This document shows, one piece after another, positions 47,988 to 57,812 of a stretch of DNA of 64,000 nt. The notes beneath the pieces were generated by a model. It was given only the letters and a program-made list of their open reading frames with translations. It searched no databases and had not been told where the DNA came from. The DNA is from a virus. Its lineage: Duplodnaviria > Caudoviricetes. Position 1 is the first letter of the stretch, and each line of letters begins with the position of its first letter. The stretch covers positions 64,001 through 128,000 of IMG/VR virus record IMGVR_UViG_2904150443_000004. One strand, 5' to 3'. The position numbers were made by a program, and so were the translations under genes.

Positions 47988-48435
47988 ACATCGAGATACA
48001 CCGTCGCTTAAGCAAGGCGATGCGGTTGTTATGCATACGTGTATCGAAGCAATGAATCCAGAATACTACGGTAAGATATGGTACTGTAAGACTGATGAAT
48101 TCACAACAGGAAAAGGTGTTTATAAGCAACAACTAGTCTTCTTGGATGGATTCAGTGGTTCATTCTTAACTGAATTTCTTCAAAAAGTTAATGTGAACGA
48201 TGAGACAAAACATCTCACCAGTGAAGTTGAACGGCTAAAGATACTTTATAAGGATTACTTAGACATGTACACCTCGACTGTGAGTGAAAAAAATAAACTG
48301 AAAGGCAAGCTCCAAGACGCACTAAATACACTTGAACGTATCGTTACCATGCCATATACATTGCCAGATGTGTGTAAGGATGTTGCACAGTTACTATCTA
48401 AAGAGACAATACAACGCATACAGGAGGGGAAGTAG
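47980..48435 (+). CDS. hypothetical phage protein
   Basis: VVMHTCIEA...VFLDGFSGSF. Confidence 0.7.
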   Translation: MSRHRDTPSLKQGDAVVMHTCIEAMNPEYYGKIWYCKTDEFTTGKGVYKQQLVFLDGFSGSFLTEFLQKVNVNDETKHLTSEVERLKILYKDYLDMYTSTVSEKNKLKGKLQDALNTLERIVTMPYTLPDVCKDVAQLLSKETIQRIQEGK

Positions 48436-48732
48436 ATGCAATACGGACAATTAGAAATTGCTGAAGAAAATGGATTGAAAGATGTAAAGGTATTTCAAAT
48501 TTGTGAATGTGATGCAGTAGCAGCATATACGGTTGAGGAAGCAAAAGCTTGGTACAAAGAATTAACAGGTGTGACGGATGACGAATTATATCCAGATGAA
48601 GAAATTGAGATTGTGCCGATTGATTCCAAAGTTTATGAGAGTGAAGATTCTACCAAGCTGATTACTGTTCAAGAAATCATAGAAACGTATTTTAACGGTG
48701 AGCCATTCATTGCATTGTCGACTGAAGGCTAA
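48436..48732 (+). CDS. hypothetical phage protein
   Basis: ORF. Confidence 0.65.
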   Translation: MQYGQLEIAEENGLKDVKVFQICECDAVAAYTVEEAKAWYKELTGVTDDELYPDEEIEIVPIDSKVYESEDSTKLITVQEIIETYFNGEPFIALSTEG

Positions 48733-48747
48733 GGGGGAGATATAGTC

Positions 48748-48999
48748 ATGAAGGGAGTACAAGAAATCATTGACTTCTTTGAATGTGGAGAAGGATATGA
48801 GAAAAATGAAATAATCGAAAACCTTCTAGGTGAAATTAAGTCTCTTAATGGATATTCAGCAGATGAAATAGGCCTTGAATGGGACGGGAAAACACTTATG
48901 GTTTTAGATGACTTTACAAATGCGTTTTATGACAAGTTGATTGCAAGTGTATGTAATGTCATTAGAAGTTTTGAGGACAAGGAGGAGGAAGAGTCATGA
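48748..48999 (+). CDS. hypothetical protein
   Basis: ORF. Confidence 0.65.
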   Translation: MKGVQEIIDFFECGEGYEKNEIIENLLGEIKSLNGYSADEIGLEWDGKTLMVLDDFTNAFYDKLIASVCNVIRSFEDKEEEES

Positions 49000-49370
49000 A
49001 ACATACAAGAGAGAAACTGGAAAGCTTCGATAATGCAAAGATTGATTTTATAGCAGGTAAATTATCAGGCAAAGAAATAGGATCGATCATAGATAACAAA
49101 TGCTTTGTTTACATGGAAGAATGGGAAGATCCTACTTTGTTTCAACCAACTCAAAAGGTGTACATGACAGAAGTAATTAGTCAGAGAGCATTGGAACTAA
49201 ATCCAATAGAGTATGTACGGCAGTTGGATGGGCTAATGTGGCCTAGTGGGTATGCAAAAGCCCATGAATATGCCCTGAGAAACGTCATCAAAATGCTACA
49301 AGCTACACCACGCCAGCGCACCATAGCATCCATACTCACCCTACAGGGGCAGGGAGGTACAGGGGAATGA
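48996..49370 (+). CDS. hypothetical protein
   Basis: ATGA-coupled ORF. Confidence 0.65.
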   Translation: MKHTREKLESFDNAKIDFIAGKLSGKEIGSIIDNKCFVYMEEWEDPTLFQPTQKVYMTEVISQRALELNPIEYVRQLDGLMWPSGYAKAHEYALRNVIKMLQATPRQRTIASILTLQGQGGTGE

Positions 49371-49599
49371 AAGTATGGCATAGCTTATCGATCGAATCTA
49401 AACCTTGCATGTTATGTGGAAAGAAAACCGCCCACTACAAGGTGTATGAACAATCGAATCTGGCATTGAGAGTGCCATTGTGTGATGACGAAACTGAAGA
49501 TTGCTGCTATAGAAAAGTAGATGTAAAGAGCCTTGTAACGCGGCAAATGATCGATTTGAAAAAGGAAATCATCCGGTCAGGAGGTACAGGGGAATGAAA
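49353..49599 (+). repeat. 20-bp direct repeat GGAGGTACAGGGGAATGAAA flanking one gene
   Basis: Identical copies at 49353-49372 and 49580-49599. Confidence 0.85.
49367..49597 (+). CDS. small Cys-containing protein
   Basis: ATGA-coupled, CxxC. Confidence 0.65.
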   Translation: MKVWHSLSIESKPCMLCGKKTAHYKVYEQSNLALRVPLCDDETEDCCYRKVDVKSLVTRQMIDLKKEIIRSGGTGE

Positions 49600-49881
49600 T
49601 GTGAACGATGTGGGAGCAACTTTGTCAAGCAAACAGATGATGATGTATGTGATGTTTGCTTGACGGAATTGGAACTTGAGTATAACGGAGAACTTGATAT
49701 CAACGCTAAGGCGTTTCGTGAAGCCTTGAATCGGAAATCTTGGGATATTAAGACGAAAATGATATCTGCTCAACGCTATGAAAAGGCGCGGCTTGAAGGA
49801 CAATATGAGCTATTACAGTGGGTATGGGAATACACAGGCGGCGATAGAGTCATTGACTCAGGAGGCATAGGGGATGAGTAA
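49594..49881 (+). CDS. small zinc-finger protein
   Basis: CxxC...CxxC. Confidence 0.65.
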   Translation: MKCERCGSNFVKQTDDDVCDVCLTELELEYNGELDINAKAFREALNRKSWDIKTKMISAQRYEKARLEGQYELLQWVWEYTGGDRVIDSGGIGDE

Positions 49882-50164
49882 ATATAGAAAGAAGCCAGTT
49901 GTGATTGACGCGATCCAGTGGAATCCATTTGAAATGACTCGCGCAGATGTATTGTATCATTTCGCTTTGGATAATAAGACAGAATTTATCAATTATAGCT
50001 ACAGGTATGCTGGGTGTTTAGAGATATCGACTTTAGAAGGAAATATGACTGTAAGTGAGGGTGATTACATTATTAGAGGCGTAAAAGGTGAGTATTACCC
50101 TTGTAAATCATATATTTTCGAAGCCACATACGAGCCTGTAGAGGAGGGAGTAGAAGATGAGTAG
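49874..50164 (+). CDS. conserved phage protein (YRKKPVV...GDYII...YPCK family)
   Basis: Motifs as named. Confidence 0.75.
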   Translation: MSKYRKKPVVIDAIQWNPFEMTRADVLYHFALDNKTEFINYSYRYAGCLEISTLEGNMTVSEGDYIIRGVKGEYYPCKSYIFEATYEPVEEGVEDE

Positions 50165-50588
50165 ACAAATCAAATTTCGTGGTAAGCGTCTAGATAATGG
50201 CGAGTTGGTGTACGGAAGCTTAATTCGTAGATACGATAGACCGCATAAAGTGTACATCCCCTTTGGATATTGGATATATGTAAATGAAAATACTTGTCAC
50301 GAAGTCGATCCTGAAACAGTAGGGCAATACTTCGGGCGGCTTGACGGCAACAGTAAAGAGATATATAAGGGAGATATTATTGAATATTCATACGTGTACA
50401 ACGGGGAAACTCGCAAATTCACCGCGTACGTAGATTGGAGCGATGAACTCCTAGGCTATTGCCTAAGAAATATGGATGGTACGTGGAAATCAGAAGCTCA
50501 TTCGTATGACTTTGAAGCAAATTCGGTCATCATAGGCAACATATACGAGAATCCAAAGCTTTGGGAAGGAGATATTAAGGATGAATGA
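50157..50588 (+). CDS. YopX family protein
   Basis: IKFRG...VGQY...EIYKGDI...IGNIYENP. Confidence 0.88.
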   Translation: MSRQIKFRGKRLDNGELVYGSLIRRYDRPHKVYIPFGYWIYVNENTCHEVDPETVGQYFGRLDGNSKEIYKGDIIEYSYVYNGETRKFTAYVDWSDELLGYCLRNMDGTWKSEAHSYDFEANSVIIGNIYENPKLWEGDIKDE

Positions 50589-50829
50589 TATAGAACGTGT
50601 CATGCGTAAGATTTGTGAAACACAGGACGATAGTTGGAATGGTGAATGCTCCTGTCTGGATTGTTATTGGAATATGAACCATCCAACGAAACGACCGGAC
50701 GATAAACAGTGTGTTTCAGAGGATTTAGCTGATACTCGAATGATTCCGAATACGGTAGAGTGCCCATCTTATTGGTCATTTACTTTCGCATGCGGGGTTT
50801 CAAAGGAAGGAGATAGTAATGATGCCTGA
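50581..50829 (+). CDS. Cys-rich hypothetical protein
   Basis: ORF. Confidence 0.6.
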   Translation: MNDIERVMRKICETQDDSWNGECSCLDCYWNMNHPTKRPDDKQCVSEDLADTRMIPNTVECPSYWSFTFACGVSKEGDSNDA

Positions 50830-51214
50830 AACGATACAGCAGTCGGCAAGAGACTGGCAAGAAGACTGGAAGCAAGTTGAAGCACACAGACACGCCAAGA
50901 ATTTATTCAACTGTCCTATCCGTAAATTGCATACGATGCATGGAATGATAGAGATTGAAAACGATACGGAACGATTAGCCTACTGGATGCAGGAGTATAA
51001 GAATTTACAGGAAAGTTATGAATCACTTGAGTTGATGCATAAAGAACAGAAAAATCGAGCTGACTCTCTTTTAATGTTGATAAAGGACGTGTCTGAATTG
51101 ATATCATGGAAACATAGGATTCAAAAAGATGGAGTTGAAGAGGCACTAAAGTTAATTTATAAATGGCTAATTGATAATCCAGTTAATAAAGCTGTCACAA
51201 CAGAAAAAAACTAG
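50819..51214 (+). CDS. hypothetical protein
   Basis: ORF. Confidence 0.65.
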   Translation: MMPETIQQSARDWQEDWKQVEAHRHAKNLFNCPIRKLHTMHGMIEIENDTERLAYWMQEYKNLQESYESLELMHKEQKNRADSLLMLIKDVSELISWKHRIQKDGVEEALKLIYKWLIDNPVNKAVTTEKN

Positions 51215-51330
51215 TAATAAAAGAATAATTTCATAATATAAATAAAATATCACTATCAATACATATAAATAAGTGGTATAATCTCCTTGTATAAATTGTA
51301 ATACATATTATTACAAGGAGTGATTATATA

Positions 51331-52272
51331 ATGCTTGATATCTGTTCAATTGAACTGGGATTTGGTTGGACAAAGGGAACATTCAAGAATAGGGTGTTTA
51401 GGCAGCCATCAATAACAGGTGAATCTAAACCAATGTTTGATTACAAGAAGGATGATTTTGTATTCAATGAGCAATACTTTGTGGGCGACTTAGCACTTAG
51501 ACAAAGTGACATTAAGTATTTTTCAATGAAAGATAACAAAGCAAGTGAGATTGATGTTACTGACACCTTACTTCAGACAGGGATAGGATACTTAACACGT
51601 TCTGCCCCTTGTAATGTAATTAGTACATTACCCATCAAGTTTTATTTCAACCAGAAGGAAGAACTAGAAAATAAAATATTGGATTTAAACAACATCGAAC
51701 CATATAATATAAGATGTGGACTAAGAAATTCTTTCTCGGTAACACCCAATATTCATGAGATTAAAATCACACCCCAAGGACAAGGGATAGCAATGGACTT
51801 CCTTCTAGATAATGAAGGTAAGATTGCAAAGAGAGAATTTGCAAAGAAGAGAATCCTTGTCTTGGATTTAGGCTTCTACACATTAAATATATTGGGCTTA
51901 GATAAGTTAGAAATTATGCCTCTTTCAACCACACTTCTGCTCGGTGTGGATACAGCATATAAATTACTTCAGCGTTATATTCAAGAGAAAGTTGGGAAGT
52001 CTCCAGCACGATACGAGTTAGATCAATACGTTATCTCTGGAAGATATGAGGGATATGACATTAGGCCACTGATTAAGCGAGCATTTAAAGCCTTAGCGAT
52101 TCAAATTCAAAATGAAGTTGAAGGGTTGAATGTAAGTTTTGATGTTTGTTTAATTGGTGGAGGAGCAGCACATCAAATTTTCGAATTTATTAGTTTTGAG
52201 GAGAAATATTTATTTGACCAGTTAGCCCAAGTAAGAGGTAATGAGAAGATAGGTATGAGAACATGGAAGTGA
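51331..52272 (+). CDS. parM: ParM/StbA-family actin-like ATPase
   Basis: ELGFGWTK, TLPI, PQG, LDLGFYT, IGGGA. Confidence 0.85.
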   Translation: MLDICSIELGFGWTKGTFKNRVFRQPSITGESKPMFDYKKDDFVFNEQYFVGDLALRQSDIKYFSMKDNKASEIDVTDTLLQTGIGYLTRSAPCNVISTLPIKFYFNQKEELENKILDLNNIEPYNIRCGLRNSFSVTPNIHEIKITPQGQGIAMDFLLDNEGKIAKREFAKKRILVLDLGFYTLNILGLDKLEIMPLSTTLLLGVDTAYKLLQRYIQEKVGKSPARYELDQYVISGRYEGYDIRPLIKRAFKALAIQIQNEVEGLNVSFDVCLIGGGAAHQIFEFISFEEKYLFDQLAQVRGNEKIGMRTWK

Positions 52273-52529
52273 AAGTGATTCAAGCACGACTCAGACCAAA
52301 AAGAGATGATGATTTGAAGAAAGCCTTTATGGAACTTCCTGATCATGTAGATAAAGCAGACATAATAAGAGAGGCTATGAGACAGTATTTCTTTGGTGGT
52401 GGTTTGAAAAACAATGCAGTCAATAATATTAAACTTGTTAATGATGATAGTTCATCAATAATGATCAATAAAGTTGAAGACTCAGATGACGACTTGGACG
52501 CAAAATTGGATTTTACGTTAGATATATAA
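52263..52529 (+). CDS. ParR-like ribbon-helix-helix adaptor
   Basis: IQARLRPKRDDDL...KADIIREAMRQY, acidic tail, overlaps parM. Confidence 0.7.
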   Translation: MEVKVIQARLRPKRDDDLKKAFMELPDHVDKADIIREAMRQYFFGGGLKNNAVNNIKLVNDDSSSIMINKVEDSDDDLDAKLDFTLDI

Positions 52530-52590
52530 ATAAAATATGTAGGTACATAATTGTATCTACAATACATAGATATTAAGGGTGAAGTAAATA

Positions 52591-53022
52591 ATGTTTATAG
52601 AATGCTACGGAGATTATACAATTGTTGGTAGAATTAGTGATGTGTTTTATATAGAAGGGGTAGAATCTTTAGAAGAGCTTCAGGAGATTATAAAGAGCAA
52701 GACACCAATTGAATGTTGGGAACCAACAATGTATGACAAAGGACGTATTGCATATTCAGAAGGTTTGAGAAAAAGAATTGTTTATCTAAATAACTACATG
52801 AAAATTAAACAAAGACACTTTTATCTTCTAGATCAAAATGAAAGAAAAGAAATTGAAAATAAAGTTTGTAAAACATGTAAATGTAATGATGGTTCTTTTA
52901 CTGGAGCACTAAGCTGTAACTATCATGCCAGTTCAAATGAGGGCTGTTTGAATTACGAAAAATCGCTATATGCATCTGCAATAAGTTGGCTAAAAGGTGG
53001 AAAATCAGGTGATAAAACATGA
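52591..53022 (+). CDS. hypothetical protein
   Basis: ORF. Confidence 0.65.
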   Translation: MFIECYGDYTIVGRISDVFYIEGVESLEELQEIIKSKTPIECWEPTMYDKGRIAYSEGLRKRIVYLNNYMKIKQRHFYLLDQNERKEIENKVCKTCKCNDGSFTGALSCNYHASSNEGCLNYEKSLYASAISWLKGGKSGDKT

Positions 53023-53040
53023 GTTTCATAGGGGGCAACA

Positions 53041-54180
53041 ATGAATAAAGAGGCAAGCATTAATTGTTATGACACTTCAATAAGGGTTTGGCAAGATGAA
53101 GAATATTCTCATCCAACACTTAAAAAGGTTTTTGCATTGCTTAAATCCAGAGGTTTTACTATTGCTAACGATACTGATGTAAGTAAGATTATTCGCAGAA
53201 ATTATTTCATTGGGTATAAAGGCGACTTAAAATTCTATTCTCGTAAATATCCAGCAGGATTTGAAATTGAATTCTACCAAGAAGTAAATTATGAAAATAG
53301 AAATGGTGGACGATATGACTCTAATAAGTATAAAAAGATGCCATACTTGATTAAAAAGCAATTCGAATTAGAAAAACGGAAAATTATATGCTTGCTTAAG
53401 GAAAATGGATACCAAGACAAATCTAAAGAGAAAAGAAAAAATGCTCACGAGCAGGTTATGCTACATATAAATGATCCTGATAGACATTGGTCTTCTGAAA
53501 AGATACCAGACTATAACGCTTTAGATAAAGATAAGCGTAGAATTAATAATGGTGATGTAAAGTATTTTAGGGATTACAAAGGGGTTCTACAGAGAGGTAC
53601 TGTGTATCACAATATTAATAACATGTGGTGGGTAGTAATTAATAAGAATGAATATAGCAACATAGCATGTTTTTATCTGTTTGATCTGGATTCAGTTGAA
53701 GAGAATAAAATACATAAATTAATTAAGAGATCAGGACACCACAATCCAAAGTCACGTTATCAGCCAAGTGAACAGGAATTTGCACAATTCGCAAAAAAGG
53801 CGAGACTTTTGAAACGAGCAGGTAGAGTTAATGAAATCAACCTAATACTTGAATATCTTTATGATAATAATTGGATGTCTAGGAAGTTTGAGTTCTTCAA
53901 GAAGCCGAACAGTAGGTTAGGCTTAAAAGAATACGAAGGAAGACCGTTTGGACTGTACAGAAAGTTTGACGAACCATGCTATATTAGCTTAGATAAGAGA
54001 GATCTTCCAATGTCATCAACAGAGTCAGGATGGATTAGAAGTTTAGAAAAGTATATTAGAAACGGAAAACCATCAGTTGGTAATTGGTTTTGTGCAGACA
54101 GCAATGGTGAAGGAAGTATGGCATATATTTGGCCTGAAGTGCGAATGAAGCTTCTCAGTATTGGTGCTATGGGCAAATAA
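53041..54180 (+). CDS. conserved phage hypothetical protein
   Basis: 379-aa ORF, GGRYD..K..MPY, YHNINNMWWV. Confidence 0.75.
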   Translation: MNKEASINCYDTSIRVWQDEEYSHPTLKKVFALLKSRGFTIANDTDVSKIIRRNYFIGYKGDLKFYSRKYPAGFEIEFYQEVNYENRNGGRYDSNKYKKMPYLIKKQFELEKRKIICLLKENGYQDKSKEKRKNAHEQVMLHINDPDRHWSSEKIPDYNALDKDKRRINNGDVKYFRDYKGVLQRGTVYHNINNMWWVVINKNEYSNIACFYLFDLDSVEENKIHKLIKRSGHHNPKSRYQPSEQEFAQFAKKARLLKRAGRVNEINLILEYLYDNNWMSRKFEFFKKPNSRLGLKEYEGRPFGLYRKFDEPCYISLDKRDLPMSSTESGWIRSLEKYIRNGKPSVGNWFCADSNGEGSMAYIWPEVRMKLLSIGAMGK

Positions 54181-54199
54181 AAATTGGAGGGGAATAGTA

Positions 54200-54739
54200 T
54201 TGAATAATGTTTGGTTCATATCAGACCCACATTTTGGACACAAGAATATCATAAAATATGAAAATCGTCCTTTTGTAGATGTGGAGCATATGGATAATGT
54301 AATTATTGAAAACTATAATAAAACTGTTAATGATGGAGATATGGTATTCTGGTTGGGAGATATGTTTTTTTGCAACGCTAAAAGAATCGATTACATCTCA
54401 AATCGCCTTAAAAGCACAAGAAACATATTAATTAGAGGTAACCATGACAAGGGGATTACTGATGGGAAATTTAAAAAGCTTGGCTTCATGCCGTATAAAA
54501 TGTATCAGTGGGGAAATTGTATCTTGACACATGAACCACTTTCCGAAGTGAATTTGAACTATTTAAAAGATATCGGAATCTGGCTAAACATACATGGACA
54601 TACCCATTCAGAAAATCAGCACCTAGATCCCAAAAAATACTTTTGTGCATCGGTTGAGAATACAGATTATAGGCCTATTAATGCAACAGAGATTGAAATA
54701 AAAGTTATTTCGGCTTCTAAACGTAAAAGAATGCAATAA
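54200..54739 (+). CDS. calcineurin-like metallophosphoesterase
   Basis: SDPHFGH, LGD, GNHD, HGHTH. Confidence 0.9.
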   Translation: MNNVWFISDPHFGHKNIIKYENRPFVDVEHMDNVIIENYNKTVNDGDMVFWLGDMFFCNAKRIDYISNRLKSTRNILIRGNHDKGITDGKFKKLGFMPYKMYQWGNCILTHEPLSEVNLNYLKDIGIWLNIHGHTHSENQHLDPKKYFCASVENTDYRPINATEIEIKVISASKRKRMQ

Positions 54740-54829
54740 AAGATTCATTTTAAGAGGTGTCGATTTTGAGTATCAAAATGTTGCATATAACTTTGCAATT
54801 AAAAAACATAAGTAAAGGGGAGTAAAACA

Positions 54830-55051
54830 ATGTCACTTTCTTTAAAACAAGAACAACCTGAAGTCATAACTGTTGGCAATATGAAATTTACTGAGTCACA
54901 ACTAAAGGCGCTTCATTCTGGAGTACTTAAGGTTTTTAGTGCTGTACATGACCTGGACAATCCTTTAGTTTTTACGCCTTCAGAAACAGCAGTATGGGGT
55001 AAGGTTATGTTTGATATTGAAAGAGCTGGAATAGTAAATACATATAAATAA
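54830..55051 (+). CDS. hypothetical protein
   Basis: GGGGAG RBS. Confidence 0.6.
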   Translation: MSLSLKQEQPEVITVGNMKFTESQLKALHSGVLKVFSAVHDLDNPLVFTPSETAVWGKVMFDIERAGIVNTYK

Positions 55052-55076
55052 AAAATAATAAATATAAATAAAAATA

Positions 55077-55106
55077 TTGATTTATGTTAATTAAAACTGT
55101 TATGAT
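55077..55106 (+). promoter_or_regulatory. sigmaA-like promoter
   Basis: A-rich UP element, TTGATT-N18-TATGAT with TGn. Confidence 0.55.
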
Positions 55107-55143
55107 AATCTCATCAAATCAGAAAGGAATGAACAAGTAAAAA

Positions 55144-56832
55144 TTGCAATGGAGACAAAAGAAACCTAAGACATCTTATCTAGATAGTGATCCAATCATC
55201 AACAAGCTTGCAGCAATCAATGGTATAAGTAACCTAAGGGAATTTATTAAACCAAGCAGGGATCATTTTCATAGTCCATATCTTCTACGAAACATTGTAC
55301 CTGCGAGTAAACGAATCATTCAAGCCATACAGAACGGCGAGAACATCTCTATACATATTGATATTGACGCAGACGGTGTTACGTCTGGTGGAATTAAATA
55401 TAATCACTTAAGAAAATTCACTGATAAAGTTAAATACTTTCATGCTCAGAGATCCGACGGACATGGAGTATACCATATGAAAGATAAGATACCAGAGGGA
55501 ACAAGCTTGCTAATCATCGTGGACAGTAGCTCAAATGAGGTACAAACGTGTAAGGAAATTAGCGAGCGTGGAATAGATATTATCATTATTGACCATCACA
55601 TTATCAGCGATGAGAATCCATACTGTATCCTTATTAATGATAAACACAGGGATTGCCAGTACCCAAACAAAGACACATCTGGAGCACTATTAGCTTGGAA
55701 AGTATGTCAGGTTATTGATGATATGTTAGGTGTAAATTATTCAAACGATCTTATAGATTTAGCTGGACTTGGGCTGCACGGAGATCAAATGTCTATGATT
55801 CAAATGGAGAATCGAGCTCTTGTAAATGAATCTTTGAATAACATCAAAAATAATGGCCTTAAAGCTATTTTAAAGATTGCGAAGAAAGACATTGATAAGC
55901 TGAACGCTAGTGATTTTGCCTTTACCATAACACCATTTATAAACGCAGCAACAAGACTTGATAAGATTGAGTTAGCATTTGAAATGTTAATCGCAGAGAC
56001 TGAAAAAGAGGCTCTAAGTTTAGCCAAGAAACTACATAGTCTTAATAGTCAAAGAAAGCTTACACAAAAAGAAGCAATTGAAAGAATTATACCGACTTTA
56101 GATTTAAGCAATCAATGTTTAGTGGTAGTTGATAGTTCATTAGGTAAAAACATGAATGGCCTTGTTGCTTCTGACTTGGCGAATAGATATCAACGTCCTG
56201 TAGTTGTTTTAGGTAAAGCAAAGGACAATGATGATGAATATCATGGTAGCTTTCGTTCAATCGGTTTCTTCAAGTTCCTAGATTTTGTTGAGAATATACC
56301 TGAAGTACTCTTTAGTGGGGGTCACCAAGCTGCTGGTGGTGTTGGAATTAAAATCTGTGACTTGGAGAAATTCCAGAAATCACTAAATAATGGTCTTAAA
56401 AATGAAACATTTGAACAAGTCGTATATTATGATTTGGAACTTGATGTTGAAAACATTGATGAGAATCTAATTGCTGCTGTAGAAGAGTTTAGTAGATTAA
56501 GTGGCAATCAATTCAAAGAACCAAAGTTTCTGATTAAAGGGCTGTACTCACTCAAGAAGGAACCAATAGGTGAAAATAAAGATACTCTCAGAGTATCAGG
56601 ATGTCCAGAATCATCTACATGGTTCGTAAATGATGAGGATATTGAAGGAATAAAGCCAAGCATCCTTGCTATGAAGTTCAGAACAAGCAATGAGTTTATT
56701 GATGACTTTCCTGAGAAGAGAGCGGTTGATATAGTAGGCAGCTTGAATCTGAATGAATGGGTAAGATACAAGCCTCGCTATCAAGTAGTAAGAACTATGC
56801 AAATTTTTATTGAAGATTACAAAATAAGATAG
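55144..56832 (+). CDS. recJ: RecJ-like ssDNA exonuclease (YorK-like)
   Basis: DIDADG, IDHH, PFINA..R, GSFRS, GGHQAAGG. Confidence 0.9.
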   Translation: MQWRQKKPKTSYLDSDPIINKLAAINGISNLREFIKPSRDHFHSPYLLRNIVPASKRIIQAIQNGENISIHIDIDADGVTSGGIKYNHLRKFTDKVKYFHAQRSDGHGVYHMKDKIPEGTSLLIIVDSSSNEVQTCKEISERGIDIIIIDHHIISDENPYCILINDKHRDCQYPNKDTSGALLAWKVCQVIDDMLGVNYSNDLIDLAGLGLHGDQMSMIQMENRALVNESLNNIKNNGLKAILKIAKKDIDKLNASDFAFTITPFINAATRLDKIELAFEMLIAETEKEALSLAKKLHSLNSQRKLTQKEAIERIIPTLDLSNQCLVVVDSSLGKNMNGLVASDLANRYQRPVVVLGKAKDNDDEYHGSFRSIGFFKFLDFVENIPEVLFSGGHQAAGGVGIKICDLEKFQKSLNNGLKNETFEQVVYYDLELDVENIDENLIAAVEEFSRLSGNQFKEPKFLIKGLYSLKKEPIGENKDTLRVSGCPESSTWFVNDEDIEGIKPSILAMKFRTSNEFIDDFPEKRAVDIVGSLNLNEWVRYKPRYQVVRTMQIFIEDYKIR

Positions 56833-56843
56833 GAGAGATATCC

Positions 56844-57032
56844 ATGGGACACTTCTTTCAAATTGGTGATATGGTCGAAATTTACTCACAAAGTCACAAT
56901 CTATATGGTAAAATCGGTTCTGTTTTAGAGACAAAGAACTGGAAATTATCAGGTCAAATGAAACAAGATATTAAAATACGTATTAATGGAATGGATATTT
57001 GGACTCCTTCAGAGGATTGTTTGATTTATTAA
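56844..57032 (+). CDS. small KOW/SH3-like protein
   Basis: FQIGDMVEI...YGKIGSV. Confidence 0.6.
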   Translation: MGHFFQIGDMVEIYSQSHNLYGKIGSVLETKNWKLSGQMKQDIKIRINGMDIWTPSEDCLIY

Positions 57033-57080
57033 TAAGAGAATAAAATTTGAATTTTATGAGGAAAGGTATGAAACTAAATC

Positions 57081-57299
57081 TTGACGAATTCAGAAATTAT
57101 TAATTTATGGATTAATGAGCAAATTGAAGCAGGTAAAACAGATAAGGATATAGACGGAACAACATTCTACGATAAAAGTGATGTGTATACAATTAAGAAA
57201 ACTAAACGTAAACATATCTTTGATTTGAAGTGTACACTTGGTGGGGGTATCGACCTCAATTCATTGAAGAATATCTATGTTAACATCGAAAAAAAATAA
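57081..57299 (+). CDS. hypothetical protein
   Basis: ORF. Confidence 0.55.
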   Translation: MTNSEIINLWINEQIEAGKTDKDIDGTTFYDKSDVYTIKKTKRKHIFDLKCTLGGGIDLNSLKNIYVNIEKK

Positions 57300-57345
57300 A
57301 TCTTAATTGGAAGATCATGAAAACTATCTTCAAAGGAGATTGACT

Positions 57346-57498
57346 ATGGATAAGATTATGGTATCTATCACAAAGGCTGAATACGAAAGTTTGCTTGATG
57401 ATAGTAACAAGTTAGGCTGCTTAGAGGCTTATGGTGTTGATAATTGGCAGGGGTACAGCTATGCAATGGAGATGTATGAAGAGATGAAAGTGGAATGA
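57346..57498 (+). CDS. small phage protein (GVDNW motif)
   Basis: AAGGAG RBS; LEAYGVDNWQGY. Confidence 0.65.
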   Translation: MDKIMVSITKAEYESLLDDSNKLGCLEAYGVDNWQGYSYAMEMYEEMKVE

Positions 57499-57800
57499 TG
57501 AAGATGGAGTTTAATCTGAGAGTTGGAGACGATGGTATGCCTTGTATTCATGCATCAGTGGTAGGAAGTGGAGTTGTTTACCCAAGGGGAGATCATCGAT
57601 TTGAATATTCAAAGCAAAATATGTATATGAGTGAATACAAAATAAAAGGTTGCCAAGATCAGAGACGATTTATCATTTCCATAAGACTAGATGGAATAGA
57701 TGGGAAATGCAAACTAACACAAATGAACTTTCGTCATGATGACATGTTGGAACTTAGGAACAAAATTGATGAATTACTCAGGTATAAGGCGACACGATGA
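57495..57800 (+). CDS. hypothetical protein
   Basis: ATGA-coupled ORF. Confidence 0.6.
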   Translation: MMKMEFNLRVGDDGMPCIHASVVGSGVVYPRGDHRFEYSKQNMYMSEYKIKGCQDQRRFIISIRLDGIDGKCKLTQMNFRHDDMLELRNKIDELLRYKATR

Positions 57801-57812
57801 AAGAAGAGTTTT

